64,000 nucleotides of DNA from the NCBI GenBank assembly GCA_963815115.1, contig CAWFFN010000007.1:128001-192000 (forward strand), written 5' to 3'. Positions within the stretch are counted from its first letter, which is position 1, and each line of letters starts with the position of its first letter. Position numbers and translations under genes: made by a program. Source of the stretch: an uncultured delta proteobacterium. GTDB taxonomy: Bacteria; Desulfobacterota; Binatia; DP-6. Below are positions 55,301 to 64,000 of this stretch, piece by piece. Below the pieces are notes generated by a model. That model was not told the origin of the DNA and did no database searches. It saw nothing but the letters and a program-made list of their open reading frames with translations.

Positions 55301-56743
55301 ATGCCGCCCGACGTTCTGATGCCGAAGCTCTCCGACACGATGGAAGAGGGCAAGATCATTCGCTGGCTCAAGCAACGCGGAGAGCCGGTCGCGATCGGTG
55401 ACATTCTCGCCGAGGTGGAGACCGACAAGGCGAACATGGAGCTCGAGGCCTTCGACGAGGGCGTGCTGGCCGAGATCCGGACGCCCGAGGGAGAGTCGGC
55501 CCCGGTGGGGGCCGTGATCGCGGTGCTCGGCGATGCCGCCGCTGCCGCCGAGGGCGCTGCCGCGTCGCGGTCGAAGGGAGTGCCCGACGAGGGGTGGCAG
55601 GACGCCGCCGCCGCACGGAAGGACGCCGCGGAGCCGAAGGACGCCCGGGTGCGCCGGCCTGCGGACGCGAAGGAACCCGATGCCGCGCGATCGGGACAGG
55701 CTGCCAAGCGTCCGGAGCCGCCCGCGCCCCAGCGTGAGCCTCCCGACGAGGAGGAGCCCGAGCCGGAGCGGCGCGAGCCGCCGGCCGATGAAGGAGAGCC
55801 CGAGCCCGCCGAGGTGCAGCACGAAGCCGCGCCGGCGGCGAAGGCGCGGCAGAGCGCCGCCGGGGACGCGGAGCCCGAGCCGCGCGTGCGGGCATCGCCG
55901 CTGGCGAAGCGCCGGGCGCGCGAGGAGGGCGTCGCGCTCGATCGGCTGCGCGGGACCGGCCCCGGCGGTCGGATCGTCGAGCGTGACGTCGCGGCGGCCG
56001 TCGCGGACGCTGCCCCGCGGCCAGCGGCTGGCCCGCCGGGGCGCCCGGTGGTGGCGCCGACGGGACGACGGGTCGAGCCCGGCAAGATGCGCCAGACGAC
56101 GGCCAGGCGCGTGGCGGAGGCGAAGCGCGACATCCCGCACTTCTACGCCAGCAGCGACGTTCCGATGGACGAGTGCGCGCGTTTGAAGGAGGGACTCGCC
56201 GAGCTCGGTGGGGAGTACGACGGGATCACCTATACCCACCTCGTGCTCAAGGCCGTCGGCCTGGCCCTGCGGCGCGTGCCCGAGATGAACGCCAGCCTCG
56301 ACGGCGACGCCATCGTCCTGCACGAGACGGTCCACGTCGGTCTCGCGACCGCGGTGGACGACGGGCTGATCGTGCCGGTCGTGCGCGACTGCGATCGTCA
56401 GCCGCTCGGCATGCTGGTCGCGCAGGTGCGCGGCCTGGTCGGGCGCGCACGCGCCGGCAAGTTCGCTGCAGACGATCTGCGCGGCGGCACGTTCACGGTC
56501 TCCAACCTGGGCATGTACCCGGTGTCGCACTTCGCCGCGGTGGTGAATCCGCCCCAGGCCGCCATCCTCGCGGTGGGCGCGGTGCGCGCCGTCCCGGTGG
56601 TGCGCGCCGGGGAGGTGGTCCCCGGCCAGGTCATGACGGTGACCCTGTCCTGTGACCACCGCATCGTCGACGGCGTGCTGGCCGGGCGTTTCCTGCGCGA
56701 GCTGGTATCGCTCCTGGGTTCCCCGCTCGCCCTGGTGGCCTAG
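55301..56743 (+). CDS. pdhC: Dihydrolipoamide acetyltransferase E2
   Basis: Lipoyl ETDKA, E3-binding ASPLAKR...GTGPGGRI, catalytic DHRIVDG. Confidence 0.92.
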   Translation: MPPDVLMPKLSDTMEEGKIIRWLKQRGEPVAIGDILAEVETDKANMELEAFDEGVLAEIRTPEGESAPVGAVIAVLGDAAAAAEGAAASRSKGVPDEGWQDAAAARKDAAEPKDARVRRPADAKEPDAARSGQAAKRPEPPAPQREPPDEEEPEPERREPPADEGEPEPAEVQHEAAPAAKARQSAAGDAEPEPRVRASPLAKRRAREEGVALDRLRGTGPGGRIVERDVAAAVADAAPRPAAGPPGRPVVAPTGRRVEPGKMRQTTARRVAEAKRDIPHFYASSDVPMDECARLKEGLAELGGEYDGITYTHLVLKAVGLALRRVPEMNASLDGDAIVLHETVHVGLATAVDDGLIVPVVRDCDRQPLGMLVAQVRGLVGRARAGKFAADDLRGGTFTVSNLGMYPVSHFAAVVNPPQAAILAVGAVRAVPVVRAGEVVPGQVMTVTLSCDHRIVDGVLAGRFLRELVSLLGSPLALVA

Positions 56744-56791
56744 TGGTGATCTAGTGCGGGACTGCCCGCGGCCGCCGCGCTGACCCGAGCC

Positions 56792-58189
56792 ATGGCCGAG
56801 CGAGAGCTGGATCTGGTGGTGATCGGCGCGGGACCCGGCGGCTACGTCGCCGCGATCCGGGCGGCCCAGCTCGGCGTGCGGACCGCGGTCGTGGAGCAGG
56901 AGCGCGCGGGAGGGGTGTGCGGCAACTGGGGGTGCATCCCGTCCAAGGCGATTCTGGCCGACGCCGAGCTCTACCGGGAGCTGCGTCACGGTGGGTCGCG
57001 AGGGATCGTCGCCGACGGCCTGCGGGTCGACTTCGCTCGCGTGCTCGCGCGCAGCCGCGCCGTGGCGGAGAAGCAAGCGAAGGGCGTCGAGTCCCTCTTC
57101 CGCAAGCACCACATCGACCTCGTGCAGGGACGCGGCCGACCCGTGCGGGGCGGCGTCGAGGTGACGAGTGGTGGCGCGGCGCCCGAGCGTCTCGCCGCGC
57201 GCCACGTCCTGCTCGCCACCGGAAGCCGGGAGCGCATGCTGCCCGGTCTCGCGATCGACGGCAGGGTCGTGCAGACGAGTCGTGAGGCGCTCGACGATCC
57301 GCGACTGCCCGCCTCGATCGTGGTGATCGGAGGCGGTGCGGTCGGCGTCGAGCTCGCATATGCCTACGCGAGCTTCGGAAGTCGCGTCACGGTGGTGGAG
57401 ATGGCCGAGAACCTGCTGCCCGGCATGGACGTCGACCTGGGGCGCGAGCTGGCGCGCTGCTTTCACCGGCAAGGGGTGGAGGTGCTCGTCGGGCATCGCT
57501 TCGAGCGACTGGAGTACGAGGGCGAAGGGGCTCGCGTCACGATGAGCGCGGAATCGGGGTCCCGCACCCTGACCGCGCAACGGGTGCTGGTTGCCGTCGG
57601 TCGCGCGCCGCTCACCGACGGGCTCGCGCTGGACGGGCTGGGCGTGCGCACCGAGCGCGGCTTCGTCGCCGTCGACGGCACGATGCGCACGAGTGCGCCG
57701 GGGCTCTTCGCCATCGGCGATCTCGTCGGCCCCCTGCTCCTGGCGCACGCCGCGTCGGCGCAGGGGATCGTCGCGGCGGAGGCGATCGCGGGGCAGCGCA
57801 ACGACGCGCGCGGGGTCGACCCGGCGCGCATCCCGATGTGCGTGTACTGCCAGCCCGAGGTGGCATCCGTCGGACTCACGGAAGAGCAAGCGCGCGCTCG
57901 TGGCCCGGTCAAGGTGGGCAAGGTGCCGTTCCGCGCGCTCGGCAAGGCGATCGCGACCGGGCGCACGGAGGGGTTCGTCAAGGTCGTCGTCGGCGCGCGT
58001 CACGGCGAGATCCTCGGCGCCCACCTCATCGGTCACGGCGTGACCGAGCTGGTGGGGGAGGCCGGGCTGGCGCTCGCGCTCGAGGCCACCACCCGCGAGC
58101 TGCGCGAGACCGTGCACGCGCATCCCACCCTCTCCGAGGCGCTGCGGGAGGCCGCACTTGCGGCGCAAGGCGAGGCGGTCAACATATGA
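56792..58189 (+). CDS. lpdA: Dihydrolipoyl dehydrogenase
   Basis: GAGPGG, GGVCGNWGCIPSK, HPTLSE. Confidence 0.95.
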   Translation: MAERELDLVVIGAGPGGYVAAIRAAQLGVRTAVVEQERAGGVCGNWGCIPSKAILADAELYRELRHGGSRGIVADGLRVDFARVLARSRAVAEKQAKGVESLFRKHHIDLVQGRGRPVRGGVEVTSGGAAPERLAARHVLLATGSRERMLPGLAIDGRVVQTSREALDDPRLPASIVVIGGGAVGVELAYAYASFGSRVTVVEMAENLLPGMDVDLGRELARCFHRQGVEVLVGHRFERLEYEGEGARVTMSAESGSRTLTAQRVLVAVGRAPLTDGLALDGLGVRTERGFVAVDGTMRTSAPGLFAIGDLVGPLLLAHAASAQGIVAAEAIAGQRNDARGVDPARIPMCVYCQPEVASVGLTEEQARARGPVKVGKVPFRALGKAIATGRTEGFVKVVVGARHGEILGAHLIGHGVTELVGEAGLALALEATTRELRETVHAHPTLSEALREAALAAQGEAVNI

Positions 58190-58863
58190 GCGTGGAGCTT
58201 CGCATCGGGCGCTGCGGGCGCGTGCCGTACGAGACCGCGCTCCGCTGGCAGGAGGCGCTGGTCGCGCGCCGGCTCGACGGCGGCAGGGACACGTTGCTGA
58301 TCCTGGAGCATCCGCCCGTCTACACGCTGGGCCGCGGTGCGGACGCACGCTTTCTCGGCGCCGCGGCGAGCGGTGACATCCCCGTGGTACGGGTCGGCCG
58401 GGGCGGGCAAGTCACGTACCATGGTCCCGGACAGCTCGTGGGATACCCGATCGTCGGCCTCCGGGATCTCCGGCCCGACGTGCGCTGGTACGTACGCGGA
58501 CTCGAGGAGGTTCTGATCGACTCGCTCGCCGACATGGGGGTCGCCGCCACGCGGCGCCCCGGCCTGACGGGTGTGTGGGTCGGCAGGCGCAAGATCGCCT
58601 CGATCGGGGTCGGGATCCGGCGCTGGGTCACCTCGCACGGGTTCGCACTGAACGTGGCACACGATGTGTCGGGATTCGCCGCGATCACGCCCTGCGGCCT
58701 GGACGGTGTGGTGATGACGTCGGTCGCAGGCGAGGGCGGTCCCTCCGCCGTGGAGGACGTCGCCGACGTCGTCGTGCGTCGCTTCATGCGGCACTTCGGA
58801 TACACGATGTCGAGCGCCCTGGACCTGTTCCCCGAGGCGGTCCACCCGGAGCAACGGCCGTGA
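58186..58863 (+). CDS. lipB: Lipoyl(octanoyl) transferase
   Basis: EHPPVYTLG, RGGQVTYHGPGQ, KIASIG, PCG. Confidence 0.95.
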   Translation: MSVELRIGRCGRVPYETALRWQEALVARRLDGGRDTLLILEHPPVYTLGRGADARFLGAAASGDIPVVRVGRGGQVTYHGPGQLVGYPIVGLRDLRPDVRWYVRGLEEVLIDSLADMGVAATRRPGLTGVWVGRRKIASIGVGIRRWVTSHGFALNVAHDVSGFAAITPCGLDGVVMTSVAGEGGPSAVEDVADVVVRRFMRHFGYTMSSALDLFPEAVHPEQRP

Positions 58864-59747
58864 GCACCGGGAATACGGCGCCAGTTTCCCGCCACCCGCC
58901 CTGGCTCAAGGTTCGGATGCCCGCGGGGCCCGGGTTCCTCGAGACGCGGGCCGTGGTGAAGCAGCTCGGGTTACACACGGTCTGCGAGGAAGCGCGCTGT
59001 CCGAACCTCGGCGAGTGCTGGGGCCACCAGACCGCCACGTTCATGCTCCTCGGCGACACGTGCACCCGGAACTGCGGCTTCTGCGCCGTCACCCATGGCC
59101 GGCCGCTGGTGGTCGACGCCGACGAGCCGCAGCGGGTGGCTCGCGCGGTGTCGCGACTCGGGTTGCGGCACGTCGTCGTGACGTCGGTCAACCGCGACGA
59201 CCTGCCGGACGGGGGGGCCGCGCACTTCGCGGCCACGGCCAGAGCGATCAGGGATATGGTTCCGAGCACCCGCATCGAGGTCCTCGTGCCCGACTTCCAG
59301 GGAGATCACGACGCGGTGCGCACCGTCGTCGAGTCGCCGATCGACATCCTGAACCACAACCTCGAGACCGTCCCGCGCCTGTACAAGCGTGTACGGCCCG
59401 GGGCTCGCTACGAACGCTCGCTCGACCTGCTCGCCGAGGCGAGACGGGTTCGATCGGGCTGTCTCACTAAGGCCGGTCTGATGCTCGGGCTCGGCGAGTC
59501 GCGGCAGGAGTTGAAGCGTGTGTTTGGCGACTTACGAGCGGTCGACTGTGACATCCTGACTCTGGGCCAGTATCTTCGGCCCTCACAGGCGCATCTGCCG
59601 GTGGAGCGCTACGTGCCTCCAGAAGAGTTCGGCTCCCTCAAGGATGAGGCGTTGACGATTGGATTCCGCCACGTCGAGTCGGGGCCGCTGGTGCGAAGCT
59701 CTTATCACGCATGGGCGCACGTTCCCGAAGAAACTCGGGAAAAATGA
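58860..59747 (+). CDS. lipA: Lipoyl synthase
   Basis: CEEARCPNLGEC, CTRNCGFC, RSSY. Confidence 0.96.
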   Translation: MSTGNTAPVSRHPPWLKVRMPAGPGFLETRAVVKQLGLHTVCEEARCPNLGECWGHQTATFMLLGDTCTRNCGFCAVTHGRPLVVDADEPQRVARAVSRLGLRHVVVTSVNRDDLPDGGAAHFAATARAIRDMVPSTRIEVLVPDFQGDHDAVRTVVESPIDILNHNLETVPRLYKRVRPGARYERSLDLLAEARRVRSGCLTKAGLMLGLGESRQELKRVFGDLRAVDCDILTLGQYLRPSQAHLPVERYVPPEEFGSLKDEALTIGFRHVESGPLVRSSYHAWAHVPEETREK

Positions 59748-59822
59748 CACTTTTTTGCCCCGGGAACATTGCACGGGCGCCGGTTTTCACATACCGTGCC
59801 GTTCCGCTGAGGAGGCGCCCCC

Positions 59823-60431
59823 ATGCTCAAACTGTACGATTATCCCGACTGCCCGTTCTGCCAGAAGGTGCGGGTGGTCCTGGCGGAGAAGGACCTCGAG
59901 TACGAGAAGGTGTTCGTCGATCTGCGCAAGCAGGACCAGAAAACCGCTGAATTCCTGCGGATGAACCCCTATGGCAAAGTCCCGGTTCTGGAAGACGAGG
60001 ACGAGGTCATCTACGATTCGACGGTCATCAACGAGTATCTGGAGGACGAGTACCCTCTTCCGCGGTTGATGCCCGAGGATTCGCAGGCGCGTGCCAAGGT
60101 CCGTCTCCTCGAGGACTACTGCGACAACTCGTTCATCCCCCCGACGACGATGCTTCTCGCGCAGCTGCGCAAGCCCGAGGCGGAGCGGGATGGACAGCGC
60201 GTCGAGCAGGCCCGCGACGAGCTCCGGCGGTGCCTCTACTTCCTGCGAGACAAGCTCGACAGCGGCGAGTACCTGGTCGGTCCCGAGTTCACGCTCGCCG
60301 ACGCCGCGTTCGCTCCTCGGATGATGGTGCTCGGACGCCTGGGCTTCGAGTTCGAGCCCGCGCTGGCCCCGGTGCAGGCGTGGCTCGATCGCATCCGCTC
60401 GCGGCCCAGCGTGCGCGGTCTGGGACTCTAG
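59823..60431 (+). CDS. Glutathione S-transferase family protein (SspA-like, CPFC motif)
   Basis: DCPFCQKV, NPYGKVP, DSTVINEYL, FTLAD; GAGGAGG RBS. Confidence 0.9.
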   Translation: MLKLYDYPDCPFCQKVRVVLAEKDLEYEKVFVDLRKQDQKTAEFLRMNPYGKVPVLEDEDEVIYDSTVINEYLEDEYPLPRLMPEDSQARAKVRLLEDYCDNSFIPPTTMLLAQLRKPEAERDGQRVEQARDELRRCLYFLRDKLDSGEYLVGPEFTLADAAFAPRMMVLGRLGFEFEPALAPVQAWLDRIRSRPSVRGLGL

Positions 60432-60470
60432 TCGCGCGGCCAACATTGACAGGATCGCTGCGTCCTGCCA

Positions 60471-60487
60471 CTAGGAATCGTTCCTAG
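60471..60487. promoter_or_regulatory. Palindromic operator, putative Fur/PerR-family site
   Basis: CTAGGAA-TCG-TTCCTAG, 20 bp downstream of TTGACA (60446-60451), upstream of an operon containing a Fur-family gene. Confidence 0.6.
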
Positions 60488-60536
60488 TACAGCTCGAAAC
60501 TGGATGGGACATCGTCCCGCCCGGGAGGCAGAGGCC

Positions 60537-60965
60537 ATGGCGAAGGCGCTGAAGGGCACGAAGACGCACGAGAACTTGAAGGAGGCGTTCCGGGGCGAGT
60601 CGCAGGCGAACCGGCGCTACCTGTACTTCGCGCGGCGCGCGGACATCGAAGGCTATCCCGACATCGGCGGTCTGTTCCGCGACACGTCCGAGGCCGAGAC
60701 CGGACACGCCTTCGGACATCTCGACTTCCTGAAGGAAGTGGGCGATCCGGCGACCGAGGAGCCTTTCGGATCGACCGAGCAGAACCTCAAGTCCGCCGTC
60801 GCGGGCGAAACCTACGAGTTCACGCAGATGTATCCCGGGTTCGCGAAGGCGGCGCGCGAAGAGGGATTCGACGAGATCGCCGAATGGTTCGAGACGCTCG
60901 CCAAGGCCGAGAAGTCGCACGCCGGCCGCTTCAGCAAGGGGCTCCAGGGCTTGAGCCTCGGGTGA
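60537..60965 (+). CDS. rbr: Short rubrerythrin (no rubredoxin domain)
   Basis: [30 protein letters not shown]. Confidence 0.93.
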   Translation: MAKALKGTKTHENLKEAFRGESQANRRYLYFARRADIEGYPDIGGLFRDTSEAETGHAFGHLDFLKEVGDPATEEPFGSTEQNLKSAVAGETYEFTQMYPGFAKAAREEGFDEIAEWFETLAKAEKSHAGRFSKGLQGLSLG

Positions 60966-62240
60966 GTGCAGATCGCGCGGCAGATCGCGGCGCCGGAGTT
61001 CCGTGATCCGGCAGCCCTGGCCGCCGAGTCGCAGCGGGTCTACGACATCTGCGCCGGCTGCCGGCGCTGTTACAATCTCTGCCCGTCGTTCACCCACCTG
61101 CTCGACACCATCGATGAGCATCACGACGGCGACGGGACGGCGCTCGCCGCTGGCGAGGAGCGTGAGGTCGTCGACCTCTGCTTCTCGTGTCAACTCTGCT
61201 ATCCCCACTGCCCCTACACACCGCCGCACCGCTGGGCCGTGGATTTCCCGCGCCTCATGCTGCGTGCGCGCGTGACCCGTGCGACCGCCGAGGGCATCCC
61301 GCTGCGGGAGCGCCTCCTCGGCAATCCGGAGCTGCTCGGGAACCTCGCCTGCCGGATGCCGGCGCTGGCGAACTGGGCGAACGGCAACCGCGTCCTGCGT
61401 GCGCTGGCGGAACGCTGGCTCGGCATCGACCGGCGGCGCCGCCTGCCGCGGTATGGCGAACGGTTCAGCGTGTGGTTCCGCCGCCAGGTCGCCCCGCCCG
61501 GTGTCGGCACGAGCGGGAAGGTCGCGCTCTTCTACACCACGCCGGTGGAGTACAACGCCGCCGACACGGGCAAGGCCGCGGTGCGGGTGCTGTGGCGCAA
61601 CCGCCTCGAGGTCGTGTGTCCGCCGCAGCGTTGCTGTGGCATGCCCGCGCTCGACGCGGGCGACGTGCCGGCGGCGGTGCGGCGCGCGCGCTTCAACCTC
61701 GAGCATCTCGGCCGTGCGATCGACGCCGGCTGCGACGTCGTGGTGCCGGGCCCGACCTGCAGCCGCATGCTGAAGCAGGAGTACCCGTTGCTGGTGCCGG
61801 GGGCGGAGGCGGAACGCGTCGCGGCGCGCGTGTTCGACCTCGGGGAGTACCTGGCGCGACTGAACGCGGCGGGACGGCTCGATCGGCGATTCGGCCAGGG
61901 GCTCGGGCGGGTGGCCTATCATGCGCCGTGCCATCTCCGCGTTCAGGAGATCGGCTTCAAGGCGCGCGACCTGCTCCGGCTGGTGCCGGACACCTCGGTC
62001 GAGGTGTTCGAGCGCTGCACCGGGATGGACGGGACGTGGGGCTTCAAGCGGGAGTTCTTTGACGAATCCGTTCGCGTGGCGCGGCCGCTCCTGCACGAGC
62101 TCGGCGAGATGGCTCCGTCTGTCATCGTGTCCGACTGCCCGCTGGCAGCGCTCCAGCTCGAGCAGCAGCGGGGCCAGCGGGTGTACCATCCCGTCGAGGC
62201 GCTCGACGCGGCCTACGGGGGCACGCCGCTGCCGGCGTGA
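60966..62240 (+). CDS. Rubrerythrin-associated Fe-S oxidoreductase (GlpC/CCG domain)
   Basis: [18 protein letters not shown]...CP, CCGMP, HAPCH, SDCP. Confidence 0.9.
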   Translation: MQIARQIAAPEFRDPAALAAESQRVYDICAGCRRCYNLCPSFTHLLDTIDEHHDGDGTALAAGEEREVVDLCFSCQLCYPHCPYTPPHRWAVDFPRLMLRARVTRATAEGIPLRERLLGNPELLGNLACRMPALANWANGNRVLRALAERWLGIDRRRRLPRYGERFSVWFRRQVAPPGVGTSGKVALFYTTPVEYNAADTGKAAVRVLWRNRLEVVCPPQRCCGMPALDAGDVPAAVRRARFNLEHLGRAIDAGCDVVVPGPTCSRMLKQEYPLLVPGAEAERVAARVFDLGEYLARLNAAGRLDRRFGQGLGRVAYHAPCHLRVQEIGFKARDLLRLVPDTSVEVFERCTGMDGTWGFKREFFDESVRVARPLLHELGEMAPSVIVSDCPLAALQLEQQRGQRVYHPVEALDAAYGGTPLPA

Positions 62241-62866
62241 TGCAGATGGATCCCATCCGGCTCGAGGAGATACTGGGGCGCGAGCGGTACGGAGCGATGC
62301 GTGAGGCGGTCCGCCGCCGGGTCATCGAGCACAAGCGCAGCCGCCGGGTGACGGTCGGCGACCGCATCTCGCTCCTCTTCGAAGATCGGGCCACGGTGTG
62401 GTACCAGACGCAGGAGATGATCTGGGTCGAGCACATCACCGACCTGGATGCGATCCGCGCGGAGCTCTCCGTGTACGGGGCGCTGCTGCCCCGCCCCTCG
62501 GAGGTGTCGGCCACCCTGCTCATCGAGATCGCCGACCAGGCGCACATCCGCGAGGCGCTGGCGCAGCTCCTCGGCATCGACCGCCACGTCTGGCTGGAGG
62601 TGGGATCGGAGCACCGCGTGCCCGCCGTCTTCGACGAGGGCCGGCAGACGGCAGAGAAGCTGTCGGCCGTGCAGTTCGTGCGCTTCGCGCTCGACGCGAA
62701 GGCCGAGCATGACGCCCTGGCCGGGGCACCGCTCGCCGTCGCGGTCGACCACCCGGCGTATCGGCATCGTACGGTGCTCTCCGACGACGTGCGCCGGAGC
62801 CTGGTCGCGGACCTGACCGACGCGGGCGCCGCCGAGGAGGCGCTGCGGCGGGTGCGAGATGGCTGA
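62240..62866 (+). CDS. DUF3501 family protein
   Basis: RRV.VG....LFE, YQTQEM, ATLLIE, KLSAVQFVRF, DHPAY; typical rbr neighbourhood. Confidence 0.85.
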   Translation: MQMDPIRLEEILGRERYGAMREAVRRRVIEHKRSRRVTVGDRISLLFEDRATVWYQTQEMIWVEHITDLDAIRAELSVYGALLPRPSEVSATLLIEIADQAHIREALAQLLGIDRHVWLEVGSEHRVPAVFDEGRQTAEKLSAVQFVRFALDAKAEHDALAGAPLAVAVDHPAYRHRTVLSDDVRRSLVADLTDAGAAEEALRRVRDG

Positions 62867-63263
62867 GGGGACGCGCGAGAGACGACGCAGCACGATGCAG
62901 CTCGCGGTCGTGCTCCACGACGTGCAGAGCTCGGGCACCGAACACCCGACGGCCGAGCATATCTACGAGCGCGTGCGGCGCATCCTGCCGTCGATCAGCC
63001 TCGGAACGGTGTACCGCAACCTGCAGCGCCTGGTGCAGGAGGGACGGATCGGCGCGGCGCAGCTCGGCGCCCGCTCGCTGCACTACGACCCGACCCCCGA
63101 CGCGCACGATCACTTCGTGTGCCAGCAGTGTGGCCGGGTCGAGGATCTGATGGAGAGCGCTCCCGAGCCCGCGCGCCAGGCGGCACATCACGCCGGGCAC
63201 GACGTCACCTCGCACACGCTCGTTCTCTTCGGACGCTGCCGCGAGTGCCGGGAGTCGGCATGA
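62859..63263 (+). CDS. Fur/PerR-family transcriptional repressor
   Basis: HPTAE, SLGTVYRNL, HDHFVCQQCG, CREC. Confidence 0.92.
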   Translation: MAEGTRERRRSTMQLAVVLHDVQSSGTEHPTAEHIYERVRRILPSISLGTVYRNLQRLVQEGRIGAAQLGARSLHYDPTPDAHDHFVCQQCGRVEDLMESAPEPARQAAHHAGHDVTSHTLVLFGRCRECRESA

Positions 63264-63904
63264 GGCTGCCCGACATCATTCCGCTCTTTCCCTTGCCGAA
63301 CGTGGTCTTTTTCCCACGCATGCCGCTGCCGCTGCACATCTTCGAGCCGCGCTACCGTGCCATGGTGCGCGACGCCGTGCGCGGGCCGCGGTTGATCGGC
63401 ATGGTGCTGCTGCGGGGCGACTGGGAGAAGGACTACGCGGGCGCGCCCGAGATCTTCGGCGTCGGCACGGTAGGCGAGCTGGCCCGCATGGACGAGCTGC
63501 CCGACGGGCGCTTCGACATCGTGCTGCGCGGGTTGCGCGAGTTCGTGATCCATCGCGAGCTCACCCGCTCGCCGTACCGCGAGGCGGTGGTCAGCTGGCG
63601 TGAGCCCCCGCGCGACGCCCTCGGTGCGGACATGCGAGCGGGGATCGGGGACGTCGTGCTGCGCTACCTCCGGCGCACCGGCCGCGCGGCGGAGCAGGCG
63701 AGCCTGGTCGAGAGCGGCATCGACGACGAGACCTTCGTCAACTTCCTCGCCCAGCACCTCGACCTCGACCCGCTCGAGAAGCAGGCACTGCTGGAGGCTC
63801 GTGACCTCGCCGGGCGCGGCCGCCGCCTCCTCGACGTGCTCGAGTTCCGGCTCGAGGAGCTGCGCCTCGATCCGGGCGGGCGCGGCGTACGCCGGGCGCA
63901 TTGA
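63260..63904 (+). CDS. Lon peptidase N-terminal (substrate-binding) domain protein
   Basis: IPLFPL..VVFFP, LHIFEPRY, LPDGRF, EKQALLE. Confidence 0.9.
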   Translation: MRLPDIIPLFPLPNVVFFPRMPLPLHIFEPRYRAMVRDAVRGPRLIGMVLLRGDWEKDYAGAPEIFGVGTVGELARMDELPDGRFDIVLRGLREFVIHRELTRSPYREAVVSWREPPRDALGADMRAGIGDVVLRYLRRTGRAAEQASLVESGIDDETFVNFLAQHLDLDPLEKQALLEARDLAGRGRRLLDVLEFRLEELRLDPGGRGVRRAH

Positions 63905-64000
63905 GCGTGGCGGCGCCGCCTGTAGCAGCGGCTGGCGGGGGGTGCTAGGGTCGCCGCCCAATGCAGGTGAAGCAGGCACCGCTGTCGCTGGTGGAGCGCT

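Noticed and set aside
55530-55880. Long acidic Glu/Pro/Ala-rich stretch in E2
   Set aside because: Variable low-complexity linkers are normal in dihydrolipoamide acyltransferases.
63961-64000. Possible gene start at the right edge (ATGCAGGTGAAG...)
   Set aside because: Only 13 codons are visible, too few to identify.

Overview
A very GC-rich bacterial chromosome segment. Gene content and style suggest a deltaproteobacteria-like lineage such as Candidatus Binatia (inference only). Scattered single-base frameshifts look like long-read errors. Left to right: an accessory patch (half-MFS fused to a hybrid histidine kinase, a subtilase remnant, a Tat metallophosphoesterase, a GST); a PyrR-attenuated pyrR-pyrB-pyrC-carA-carB-recG operon; aguBA and an acyl-CoA dehydrogenase bracketed by two inverted copies of a nested palindromic REPIN/MITE-like element; menA-like/SDR/SnoaL, HAD, dienelactone hydrolase, ada-alkA, a diheme cytochrome c-rhodanese fusion and a GlxA/DJ-1 pair; alaC-hom-thrC followed by apgM-like and glpX-like genes that both lack key catalytic residues; a minus-strand block of lnt, a secreted protein, an sAC-like tandem-cyclase STAND NTPase, a PlsC acyltransferase, a desaturase and an SLT protein; enoyl-CoA hydratase with an isobutyryl-CoA-mutase-type icmAB; nth, CDF, VOC, GGR-like, rnhB; pdhABC-lpdA-lipBA; a GST; and a rubrerythrin-FeS oxidoreductase-DUF3501-Fur-LonN cluster. 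No tRNA, rRNA, CRISPR array, integrase or transposase was recognised. The best candidates for undescribed biology are the cyclase/lipid-modification block, the apgM/glpX pseudoenzyme pair, the MFS-kinase fusion and the palindromic element.
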